From: OCS116 cluster bacterium AG-430-B22
GTDB lineage: Bacteria > Pseudomonadota > Alphaproteobacteria > MED-G09
Assembly: GCA_003209955.1 (NCBI GenBank)
Contig: QCOD01000005.1
Span: forward strand, 21,032 to 85,031
Direction of reading: 5' to 3'
DNA: 64,000 nucleotides
In this document: positions 51,799 through 60,526 of the stretch, one piece after another
Numbering within the stretch: the stretch's first letter is position 1
How the letters are laid out: each line of letters opens with the position of its first letter
Program-made: the position numbers and the translations under genes
The notes under the pieces: model-generated
What the model was told of the DNA's origin: nothing
The model's database searches: none
The model's input: the letters and a program-made list of their open reading frames with translations, nothing else

Positions 51799-52672
51799 AA
51801 TTATCCGGATATTTTACTTCATATATAAAGTGATCATCTTTTCTTTTCACATAGCCAGCAGATGGTGTTGCGAAATGTGTTCCAAAAACTAAAATATTAT
51901 TGTCAGCATATTCTCCAAGTTTTTCCCTTCTCGTTTTTTTCGCGAGTTCTTTATCCCAATCAGCACTTGATTCCCAATCTAGTCTTTCCATTTGGCATGG
52001 GTGGTGCAAAAAATCACCTGTTATAGCGGCGCTTACTCCTTTTGACTCTATACAAACACTAACATGACCAGGTGTATGACCAATTGTTGGTTCTAACCAA
52101 ATACCTTCGCATATTTTCTCATCCATCTCTACAAACTTAACCAAACCAGACTCAATAATTGGAATTATAGAGTCATTGATAAATTCTGCATATCTATGAT
52201 CACCAAGTTGTTTCTCAGTATATTCCCATTCTTTTTGTCCAAACAGATAATCTGCTTTTTTAAAAGTTGGTTCCCATTTATCATTAACTAAGATTGTATT
52301 CCAACCAACATGGTCAGTATGCATATGTGTGCATAGGACTGTATCAATTTGATCAACTGAGTATCCAGCTTTATCTAAATCCTCTAAAAATTTTGTTTGT
52401 AACATATTCCATTGAGGGATATGTCTTTCCTTATCATTCCCTAAGCAAGTATCTACGATTATACATTTTTCACTAGTTTCAATAACAAGCGCATGAATAC
52501 TAACAATTGTATTTCCCTCGCTATCAGAGAAGTGAGGTTGTAACCAAGGCATTTTTAAAATTTCTTCAGGCACTGCATCTGGAACAACAAACATTGGCCC
52601 AGCTCTTTCAGCTTCAATTATTCTAGTAATTTTAACATCACCAATATTCCAGCTACTTATTTTGCTATTCAT
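51797..52672 (-). CDS. MBL-fold metallo-hydrolase, lactonase-like
   Basis: LCTHMHTDHVGWN (HxHxDH), GHTPGH, TGDFLHH. Start set to ATG 52672 (MNSKISS...), 1 nt after the ABM stop; the longer track ORF overlaps the ABM gene. Confidence 0.8.
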   Translation of the reverse strand: MNSKISSWNIGDVKITRIIEAERAGPMFVVPDAVPEEILKMPWLQPHFSDSEGNTIVSIHALVIETSEKCIIVDTCLGNDKERHIPQWNMLQTKFLEDLDKAGYSVDQIDTVLCTHMHTDHVGWNTILVNDKWEPTFKKADYLFGQKEWEYTEKQLGDHRYAEFINDSIIPIIESGLVKFVEMDEKICEGIWLEPTIGHTPGHVSVCIESKGVSAAITGDFLHHPCQMERLDWESSADWDKELAKKTRREKLGEYADNNILVFGTHFATPSAGYVKRKDDHFIYEVKYPDN

Positions 52673-52673
52673 T

Positions 52674-52973
52674 TTAACCAGGGTAATCGATTTGGTTGGC
52701 CTCATAAAATTTTGCATCTGTTTCTGGTGGATCATCAGACATCGATCCAACAAAATGGGATACATGTTCAGTTTTTAAGTGATCTTTTAAAGATTGAAGG
52801 TTTTCCCATAATTCAGTAATTCTAATAATTCTGTCACTATGAAGCTCAACACTAAAAGCATAATCTAGACACCCATCCTCTTCTCTTGTCTTAATTTCTA
52901 ATTCTTTTACTGCATTTTTTATAGTTTCAAAATTATTATCATTTGTTTTCATTATTGCATTAACTACTATCAT
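52674..52973 (-). CDS. ABM-fold (antibiotic biosynthesis monooxygenase-like) protein, paralog 1
   Basis: MIVVNAIMK...TREEDGCLDYAFSV...ITELWENLQSLKDHLKTEH aligns by eye with ORF 58742-59092 (MIIISATLD...TEEEGCISYCFAA...VYELWKDEESLVAHFSHH). Start set to ATG 52973 on that alignment. Confidence 0.7.
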   Translation of the reverse strand: MIVVNAIMKTNDNNFETIKNAVKELEIKTREEDGCLDYAFSVELHSDRIIRITELWENLQSLKDHLKTEHVSHFVGSMSDDPPETDAKFYEANQIDYPG

Positions 52974-53092
52974 TAAACTCTCCAAAGTTAAGTAATTCTG
53001 TAGATTTAAATTATATATGTAAACAATTTTATTTTTCAATTTGTACTATTATTTTTTTTAGATAATATTGAGATGTTTTTTGGGGGAAAACA

Positions 53093-54466
53093 TTGCCACA
53101 AAAATTTGATCCTATAAATTTTTCTGAAGAAATTAGTGCAGATCCTCAATGTAATGCAACTTTGAGTAGCGATAGGTATACATCTAATGAGTTTATGAAT
53201 AAAGAATGGGAAAGGCTATGGACGCAATGCTGGTTATTTGCCGGCGTTTTAACCGACTTAAAGGAACCTGGTGATTTTTTTATTTATGATATTGGAAGAG
53301 AGTCAATAATTATCACATTAAATGATAATAATAATATTTCGGCCTTTTATAATACTTGTCAGCACAGAGGAAATAAAATTTTCACTGAAGATTCTGGTTG
53401 GGTAAAACAAATTTCCTGTCCTTATCATGGATGGACTTATGGTTTGGATGGTGAGCTTAAAAAGGTCCCCGATGAGGAATTATTTGAAGGTGGCGTTTGT
53501 AAAAAAGAAAAATCCCTTAAAGAGGTAAATGTTGATGTATGGGCAGGTCTCGTATTTATTAACATGAGTGATAATCCAGCCCCACTTAAAACTTTCCTTG
53601 GAACCATAATGGACCAACTTAATCCATATCATTTTGAAAATATGGAACTTGTTAAACATCAAAGTGTGACTCTAGATACAAATTGGAAAACAGCTAGAGA
53701 TAATTTTTTAGAACAATATCATGTTGATTTTATTCACCCCCAACATGCTAGTTTTGTAGATTGCTGTGATGCTCAAAATTATTTATGGCCTTTTGGTCAT
53801 TCACATACTTGGGTCGAGAGTCCTGTTATGAATCCAAGATATGATATGCCTGAAGAACCGCCAGATTATATGAAACAATACTTAATTGGATTAGAACTAG
53901 ATCCTGAGGATTTTAAAGGTAAAGTTCCAGATATAAGAAATGCAGTTCAAAAACAAAAAAGAATTATAGGAAAAAAACTTGGCTTTGATTATTCAGAGCT
54001 ATCTGATGAGCAAATTTCAGATGTTTTCCAATATGACATATTTCCTAATATCTTCATGACCATTCATGCTGAGAGACTATGGATATTTGGTCCAAGACCC
54101 CATGGCGCCGATCCAAATAAGTGTACCTTCACAAAATATAGCTTGATGATTCCAGAAGATAAGATACGTGATAAGGATAAGGGTCTTGAGCTTTTACCGG
54201 GTTCATATGATTATTCATATTCCGATACACGCGTTGAGCATGAAGTCTTTACAAGGCAAGATGTTATAGAGGGTAGAAATTCAATGACTGTTACGATAGA
54301 CCAAGATATTCATTATCTAAATGATATGCAGGCCGGAATGCATTCAAGAGGTTTTGATAAAGCAATTTTAAGTAAAGATGAAGAAAGAGTTCAGCATTTT
54401 CATGACTGGGTTGACAACTGGTTAAGTGATAAATCTTTATGGTCAAAAGTAAGTAATTCATCATAA
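53093..54466 (+). CDS. Rieske [2Fe-2S] non-heme iron oxygenase, alpha subunit (paralog 2)
   Basis: CQHRGNKI-x-CPYHGW; EQYHVDFIHPQH. TTG start preceded by GGGGGA. Confidence 0.85.
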   Translation: MPQKFDPINFSEEISADPQCNATLSSDRYTSNEFMNKEWERLWTQCWLFAGVLTDLKEPGDFFIYDIGRESIIITLNDNNNISAFYNTCQHRGNKIFTEDSGWVKQISCPYHGWTYGLDGELKKVPDEELFEGGVCKKEKSLKEVNVDVWAGLVFINMSDNPAPLKTFLGTIMDQLNPYHFENMELVKHQSVTLDTNWKTARDNFLEQYHVDFIHPQHASFVDCCDAQNYLWPFGHSHTWVESPVMNPRYDMPEEPPDYMKQYLIGLELDPEDFKGKVPDIRNAVQKQKRIIGKKLGFDYSELSDEQISDVFQYDIFPNIFMTIHAERLWIFGPRPHGADPNKCTFTKYSLMIPEDKIRDKDKGLELLPGSYDYSYSDTRVEHEVFTRQDVIEGRNSMTVTIDQDIHYLNDMQAGMHSRGFDKAILSKDEERVQHFHDWVDNWLSDKSLWSKVSNSS

Positions 54467-54482
54467 GTGTTAAAGATTAATA

Positions 54483-55880
54483 ATGACCAAAAAAAAATTA
54501 CCTAAAAAAACTCTGTTTTTCTATGGTTTAAGTGAGATGCCTCTATCAATAGCCTCTCTACCTTTATTAGCTTTTATTCCAAATTATTATGTCTCTGATT
54601 TAGGTCTTGATTTTGCTGTAGTTGCTTTGGTAATGCTTCTGGCAAGATCTTTTGATGCCGTCACAGATCCTTTAATAGGATTCTTAAGCGATAGAACGGA
54701 TACGCGCTGGGGAAGAAGACGTATTTGGATGTTTTTCTCAATGCCACTTTTAATGTTGGCGACATATAAAATTTTCTTTCCTGAAAGCTCATGGGAATGG
54801 GTTCCTTTTAATTTGGATTTTCCTTCCTTTAATTTGGGAGCAGGTGGGCATTATTTATTATTTTGGTTTTTAGTGCTTTGGTTTGGTTGGAGTATGCTAT
54901 TTATTCCTTACTATTCATGGGCAGCAGAATTATCATCTGATTATAATGAGCGATCAACAATAGTGGGCTGGAGAATGTTTATTGGAACATTTGGCAATGC
55001 AATTTCAAAATTTTTACCTGCCATTGCTTTATTCTTATTTGCATTTGGAGGTGCTGAAGAAACAATTATTATTATTGGATTTTGCCTGCTCATCGTTATT
55101 CCAATTACGATTTGCTTATCAGTTTTCAATGTTCCTGAAAGAATGGATTATCAAGTTAAGCAAGGGTCTTTGAAAGAAGGCTTAGTGGCTATGTGGAAGA
55201 ATAAGGCTTTTAGACAATTAATTTTTGCTTACTTTTTTAATTATTTGGGAGTAACGCTTTCAACTTTGACAGTTATGTTCTTCATTAGAGGCGTAACAGG
55301 TGAAGAAGAGCAGGGTATTTTATATTTCGTATTTTATTATGTTGCCAATCTTTTAGGGATTCCCTTCTGGCTCTGGTTATCAAAAACAATAGGAAAACAT
55401 AATGCCTGGAAAATTGGTTTATTAGTATTTACTTTTTTACAACCATGTTATTTCTTTTTGGGTGAAGGTGATTATTATTGGATGTTTCCAATCACATTTA
55501 TTGCTGGACTTGCAGGTTCAACATTTCATCTTATCCCACATGCTATGAAGGCGGATGTTATAGATTATGATACTCACCTAACAGGGGAAGATAGGGCAGC
55601 ACAATTTTTTGCTGCATGGTCATTTATAACAAAGATGGCAATTGCTATTGCTCCATTTTTTGCTTTTACATATTTGGATCTCATTGGTTTTGATAGTACA
55701 CCTGGAGCAATAAATAGTCCTGAACAAATTTTAGGACTAAAAATATTATTCTGTTTTGGTTTGCCTCTATTCCTTCTTTTGACAATCTTATGTATTCGTA
55801 ATTATCCTATTACACAGGAAAAACAAGAAGAGATTAGACGAGAAATAGATTTGAAAAAACAACAAACACAAGGAGCATAA
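54483..55880 (+). CDS. GPH-family (MelB-like, MFS_2) cation symporter
   Basis: About 12 TM segments. Signature DAVTDPLIGFLSDRTDTRWGRRRIWM, typical of glycoside-pentoside-hexuronide:cation symporters. Confidence 0.8.
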   Translation: MTKKKLPKKTLFFYGLSEMPLSIASLPLLAFIPNYYVSDLGLDFAVVALVMLLARSFDAVTDPLIGFLSDRTDTRWGRRRIWMFFSMPLLMLATYKIFFPESSWEWVPFNLDFPSFNLGAGGHYLLFWFLVLWFGWSMLFIPYYSWAAELSSDYNERSTIVGWRMFIGTFGNAISKFLPAIALFLFAFGGAEETIIIIGFCLLIVIPITICLSVFNVPERMDYQVKQGSLKEGLVAMWKNKAFRQLIFAYFFNYLGVTLSTLTVMFFIRGVTGEEEQGILYFVFYYVANLLGIPFWLWLSKTIGKHNAWKIGLLVFTFLQPCYFFLGEGDYYWMFPITFIAGLAGSTFHLIPHAMKADVIDYDTHLTGEDRAAQFFAAWSFITKMAIAIAPFFAFTYLDLIGFDSTPGAINSPEQILGLKILFCFGLPLFLLLTILCIRNYPITQEKQEEIRREIDLKKQQTQGA

Positions 55881-55881
55881 A

Positions 55882-56403
55882 ATGAGTGAAGCATTAGAAA
55901 GAGTAATCGCAAAATCAGAAATTTATGATCTCTCATGTAAATATATGAGGGGGTTAGATAGATTAGATATAGAATTATTAAAATCTGTTTTTCATGATGG
56001 TGCTTGGTGCGATTATGGTTTTACAAAAAGTGATGCACCAACATTTGCTCAATTCTGTATGGATGCATTGAAGGAACATCATGCTAATCATCATATGATA
56101 GGTAATGTCTTGATAGAATTTGGTGATAATGAGAATGAAGCTTTTGGCGAAGTCTATTTCCAGGCTTACCATAAAGTTGATGAAGATGGCCAAACAAATG
56201 ATGTTTTTATTTCGGGGCGCTATCTTGATCGTTATGAGAAAAGAGACGGTATTTGGAAGATGGTTTACAGATCAGAAATCGTAGACTGGTCTAGGACTGA
56301 ACCAACTCATGAACCTTATTTTGATTCAGCGCCAGATTGTTTTCGAGGTGGTCGGCAAGATGATAGAGTTTATGATACTAAAGATCGATATAATCCAACT
56401 TAA
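55882..56403 (+). CDS. SnoaL-like / NTF2-fold protein
   Basis: 173 aa. IAKSEIYDLSCKYMRGLDRLDIELLKSVFHDGAW...HMIGN...GRYLDRYEKRDGIWKM fits the SnoaL_4 pattern as I remember it. Confidence 0.65.
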   Translation: MSEALERVIAKSEIYDLSCKYMRGLDRLDIELLKSVFHDGAWCDYGFTKSDAPTFAQFCMDALKEHHANHHMIGNVLIEFGDNENEAFGEVYFQAYHKVDEDGQTNDVFISGRYLDRYEKRDGIWKMVYRSEIVDWSRTEPTHEPYFDSAPDCFRGGRQDDRVYDTKDRYNPT

Positions 56404-57744
56404 TTAATTTTTAACTACCCTAACATTTTTTCTTCTTGATTTTGATGAGGGTTGTAATGCGAGACTTAATTGATCATCACTAATTTCATAAGGGATATTG
56501 TTATTTAAAAGATCTTTATAAAATTTACCATCTTTCATAACTGATACGATACGATCGTGGTCTTGTAGAACTTTAATATCTTCTAACGGATTGCCATCTA
56601 TAACAACTAAGTCAGCAAGTTTTCCTTCCTTCAGAGTTCCGAGAGAACCATCTGGATGCATAGCTAATCCACCTAATCTTGTAGCTGAGTGAATTGCCTC
56701 TGCATTAGTAAATCCAAAATGAGTAACATAATATTCTAGATCTTTTGCATATGTGCCATGAGGGGTAATGTTGAGTCCATAATCACCTCCAACAAGAATA
56801 CGAATACCAGCAGCTTGCATCTTTTTGTAAGAAATGATCGTTTCTTCAAGTTCTTTTCTATAAGCTATTACTTCCCTGCTGTTCTCATCAAAGCCCATAT
56901 TTTTATAATTTTCTAGAAAAGTAATTTCCCAAGCAATAGCGGGACCAACGAAAACTTTATCTTTATTTTTTATAAGGAGATCAAGTGCTTCATCATCGAT
57001 GTAATTTGCATGACCAATGAAGTCAATACCGGCTTTAACAGCCTGTTTAACCGCCTCTGAAGATCTTGCGTGACAGGCAACTCTCATTTTTTTTCTATGT
57101 GCTTCATCAACAATTACTTCTACTTCTTCATCTGTGAAGCCTAAATCACCTGGCCTACCTTGAAGAGATATAATTTCTCCATCTATCATAACCTTGACTA
57201 TTTCTGCACCATTTTTCCATAATTGCCTTACTGCAGTTCTTAACTCCCATGGACCATTTCTTATCATACCCAAACCTTCTGGAACTATCTGAACATTATC
57301 AGGATAAAAATCTGAATTTCCTCCTGTAGCAGATATATCTTTACTTCCCGCAAGCAGGCGAGGTCCGGGAATTTCCCCTCTTTCAATAGCTTCTTTTAAG
57401 AAGACATCTATTTTGTGAACTGAACCAAAACTTATCGCTGAAGTAAAACCAGACCCCAACATCAATCGAGCATTCGCAATAGTTTTAATCATAGATTCTT
57501 CGACGGGAGCTTTATCTAATTCTAAGGGACCACTATTAGAGTATGAAATATGGGCGTGAGCTTCAACCATTCCAGGCATTATGAATAATCCGTTTCCATC
57601 AATAGTTTGGATGTTATCTGGAACATCCCTTAATTTCTTTGAAGGTCCAGCATAACGGATTAAATTATCTTCTACCCAAATTGAAGAATCTTCAATTAGA
57701 TTATCGCTAGTTCCATCAAACAATTTTATGTTTGTTATAAGCAT
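56404..57744 (-). CDS. amidohydrolase-superfamily metallo-hydrolase (Amidohydro_1 type)
   Basis: IMPGMVEAHAHISY (HxH), ...VACHA..., ...IGHAN.... 446 aa. Confidence 0.75.
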   Translation of the reverse strand: MLITNIKLFDGTSDNLIEDSSIWVEDNLIRYAGPSKKLRDVPDNIQTIDGNGLFIMPGMVEAHAHISYSNSGPLELDKAPVEESMIKTIANARLMLGSGFTSAISFGSVHKIDVFLKEAIERGEIPGPRLLAGSKDISATGGNSDFYPDNVQIVPEGLGMIRNGPWELRTAVRQLWKNGAEIVKVMIDGEIISLQGRPGDLGFTDEEVEVIVDEAHRKKMRVACHARSSEAVKQAVKAGIDFIGHANYIDDEALDLLIKNKDKVFVGPAIAWEITFLENYKNMGFDENSREVIAYRKELEETIISYKKMQAAGIRILVGGDYGLNITPHGTYAKDLEYYVTHFGFTNAEAIHSATRLGGLAMHPDGSLGTLKEGKLADLVVIDGNPLEDIKVLQDHDRIVSVMKDGKFYKDLLNNNIPYEISDDQLSLALQPSSKSRRKNVRVVKN

Positions 57745-57755
57745 TCCTATACCTT

Positions 57756-58736
57756 TTAATTATTCAATCGAAGAAGCTTTTTTGCATTATTTGTAAGGTT
57801 TGGAGCAAAATCTTCTAACTTCTTCGGTGTATCCCATCCACCAAAATTAGTGCCATAAACTAATCTATCCTCACCAATTAAGTCAAATAACATTTTCTGA
57901 GATTTCTCGCCATGTACATGGGCATCAAACCACAAACGCTTAAGTTCATTAACAAATCCATTCTTTTGTACCCCTTCTGGGGCCCAATCTCGGAATTCAG
58001 ACATTTCAGAAAAACGCTCTATTAAATAAGGCATTGCACCACCACCATGAGAAATACATATATCTAGATCAGGATGACGATCCAAAACACCACCAATTAT
58101 AAGTGTAGCTACTGCTAGGGTTTCTTCATAAGCGTAACCAAGCATAATACTCATATCATATCTTCCCATTCTCCAATCATCTGGTCCTTCAGCACCACCA
58201 GTAGAGGCAGGATGTAAAAATAATGGCACATTTAAATCTACAACAGTTTTGTAAAAGTCATCTAGTCTAGGATCATCAAGGCCAAATGGATAATCAGTCC
58301 CTGTTGAGACTGCAACAAGGCCTAATTCATTAATAGCCCGCTCAAGCTCTTTACAAGCAGCATCTACATCTTGCATTGGAAGGGTAGCTGATCCAAGAAG
58401 TCTATCTGGATACTCTTGGACTGACTCTACCATTGCGTCATTATGAATTTTGCAAAATTCATTGGCTATGTCACCTTCGATCCTATGAAACATAGTTAAC
58501 GGGTTTGGTGATAAGAGTTGTAAATCAATTCCCAATTTATCCATTGCTTCTATTCTCAAATTATTTTCCATGAAAATAGTTCCCTCATATTGCATAGGTT
58601 TCATTTTATATGAGCCAATTCGAAAATATGGAGTTCCATTTTCATCCAACCCAGTATCTGGACCATATTTTCCTGCTTTACCAAAAGCTTTGCCTAAAAC
58701 AATGTGTGCGTGGGTATCAATTACATTTATTGTCAT
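57756..58736 (-). CDS. Amidohydro_2 (ACMSD/LigW-like) metal-dependent hydrolase or decarboxylase
   Basis: VIDTHAHI, ...PLFLHP..., ...ICISHGGGAMPY..., ...YGTNFGGWD. Length and layout are typical of the ACMSD family. Confidence 0.75.
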   Translation of the reverse strand: MTINVIDTHAHIVLGKAFGKAGKYGPDTGLDENGTPYFRIGSYKMKPMQYEGTIFMENNLRIEAMDKLGIDLQLLSPNPLTMFHRIEGDIANEFCKIHNDAMVESVQEYPDRLLGSATLPMQDVDAACKELERAINELGLVAVSTGTDYPFGLDDPRLDDFYKTVVDLNVPLFLHPASTGGAEGPDDWRMGRYDMSIMLGYAYEETLAVATLIIGGVLDRHPDLDICISHGGGAMPYLIERFSEMSEFRDWAPEGVQKNGFVNELKRLWFDAHVHGEKSQKMLFDLIGEDRLVYGTNFGGWDTPKKLEDFAPNLTNNAKKLLRLNN

Positions 58737-58741
58737 TTTAA

Positions 58742-59092
58742 TTAATCATCCGCAAATAGAACTGTTCTTGGATTGCCATCTTCATCATAAACAGATTTAT
58801 GTTTGTCAATTAAATACATTTGATTTTCAGTTTCTCTTATTCCTACAGAATTGAGTGCTTCAACCATTTCAAGGTATGTATGATGAGAGAAATGAGCTAC
58901 TAATGATTCTTCATCTTTCCAAAGTTCATATACTTGAATTCTATTTGCAACCGCTGGATCTGCAGCAAAACAATAACTAATACAACCTTCCTCTTCCGTG
59001 CGAGTTGCCATTTGTATGTCTTTTGTAAGAGATACCGCTTTATCTCTATCAGCTTCGGTTTCAAAATCTAATGTTGCTGAAATAATAATCAT
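58742..59092 (-). CDS. ABM-fold (antibiotic biosynthesis monooxygenase-like) protein, paralog 2
   Basis: See 52674-52973. Starts 9 nt downstream of the Rieske gene 59102-60439. Confidence 0.7.
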   Translation of the reverse strand: MIIISATLDFETEADRDKAVSLTKDIQMATRTEEEGCISYCFAADPAVANRIQVYELWKDEESLVAHFSHHTYLEMVEALNSVGIRETENQMYLIDKHKSVYDEDGNPRTVLFADD

Positions 59093-59101
59093 TTTCTCCT
59101 C

Positions 59102-60439
59102 CTATTCAAAATAGCTTTCAATCATTTCATGAAATCTTCTTATACGCTTTTCTTGTCCTGCAAAATAAGCTCTATTAAAACCTCGCGATCGAAGCCCATG
59201 CTGTTGAAGAATAAATACTGCTGTATCCTGGTCAATAGTTTGACCCAAACTCTTTTCACCTAATTCAAAAAAGTCTCTATCTGCATACTCACCTCTTTTA
59301 GATATACCGATAGTTGTTCTAACCGGTGCACTTTCCTTATCTGGATTACTAGAATACCACCAGTTATCAAATACACATTTCTCAGGGTCAGTGGGGTGAG
59401 GCTTTGCTCTTAAAAAATGAAATCCATCAGCCCAAAGGGAAACTGCAAAGTTTGGGAATAGTGTGTAATGAAAAGCATCAGTAAGTTGTTCGTTTCTTAA
59501 ATTCTTATAGTGAGTATAACCTCTTTCAGGCCCATTATCTCTTTTTGCCTTTTGAATAGCTTCACGAGTTTCTAAACCTTTACCTGAATAATCATCAGGA
59601 TCCATACCCCATTCTTGCATAACAGAATAAAGAGGATCCTCTAATTTACCGTCTTCTTGCATAGATCCATAACCAGCTCTCATAATCATTCTATTATGAC
59701 CTTCATCAGATAAATCAAATTGAGTACTACGGTAACTTGTATCAACTCCACTTGGCATTCTTTTTTTTGTTATCGCTCTTTCTGGAGCATGAACAGTTGG
59801 TAAATGATAAGATTCATTAAAGTTATCAAGAATTATTTTCCAATTGCATGGAACATTTACTGTTTGAGCAACATATCTTTTCCATTTGTGGATTTCATAA
59901 GCTTCCCAATCATCCCAAACAGGCCCAAGCCATTCTTTTAATGAAGCAGCATTTTTATCCATATTTATCCAAATGAAACCTGCAAATGTTTCAGTTTTGA
60001 CTTCCTCTAATTTTAGTTTTCCACAAGGATTTCCTTCAGGAAAATCTTCTGCATCTTGAGCTTCGATTAATTCACCATCTATTCGCCATTGCCACCCATG
60101 ATAAGGACATTTAAATATTTCTGTGCTTCCTAAATCGTTAAATGTTAGGCGTGCCCCTCTGTGTTGACATACATTATAAAAAGATCTGATTTTGTTATCA
60201 CTTTGTCTGACCATTAAAAAACTTTCTCTACCAAATTCTTCCATTTGATAATCACCAGCATTAGGAATTTCATCTTCTCTTCCCATAAGTAACCAAACTT
60301 TTGGCCACATATAATTCCATTCCTTATCCATAAATTCTTTCGAATGATATCTACTACCGTCAACATCTAATCCCTTTAGATCAGGGTTTTTCCAAGATGG
60401 ACTATTGCTTTTATACCATTCTAAATCAGTAACACTCAT
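59102..60439 (-). CDS. Rieske [2Fe-2S] non-heme iron oxygenase, alpha subunit (paralog 3)
   Basis: CQHRGARL-x-CPYHGW; ESYHLPTVH. Clearly paralogous to 53093-54466 (shared ...FGRES...FYN.CQHRG...CPYHGW...DGEL...F.GF.WINM...). Confidence 0.85.
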   Translation of the reverse strand: MSVTDLEWYKSNSPSWKNPDLKGLDVDGSRYHSKEFMDKEWNYMWPKVWLLMGREDEIPNAGDYQMEEFGRESFLMVRQSDNKIRSFYNVCQHRGARLTFNDLGSTEIFKCPYHGWQWRIDGELIEAQDAEDFPEGNPCGKLKLEEVKTETFAGFIWINMDKNAASLKEWLGPVWDDWEAYEIHKWKRYVAQTVNVPCNWKIILDNFNESYHLPTVHAPERAITKKRMPSGVDTSYRSTQFDLSDEGHNRMIMRAGYGSMQEDGKLEDPLYSVMQEWGMDPDDYSGKGLETREAIQKAKRDNGPERGYTHYKNLRNEQLTDAFHYTLFPNFAVSLWADGFHFLRAKPHPTDPEKCVFDNWWYSSNPDKESAPVRTTIGISKRGEYADRDFFELGEKSLGQTIDQDTAVFILQQHGLRSRGFNRAYFAGQEKRIRRFHEMIESYFE

Positions 60440-60526
60440 TGATAAATCCTAAACTATTTTCCTTTATTGTTGCAATATTATCTTGAATATCAAAAATTAA
60501 TGATTTTTCACTCATTTCTAGTCCTA

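Noticed and set aside
51797-53039. Track ORFs 51797-52765 and 52674-53039 overlap by 92 nt, suggesting a frameshifted or fused gene
   Set aside because: Internal starts resolve it cleanly. The MBL gene starts at ATG 52672, 1 nt after the ABM stop. The ABM gene starts at ATG 52973, which aligns with its paralog. The upstream extensions have no family resemblance.
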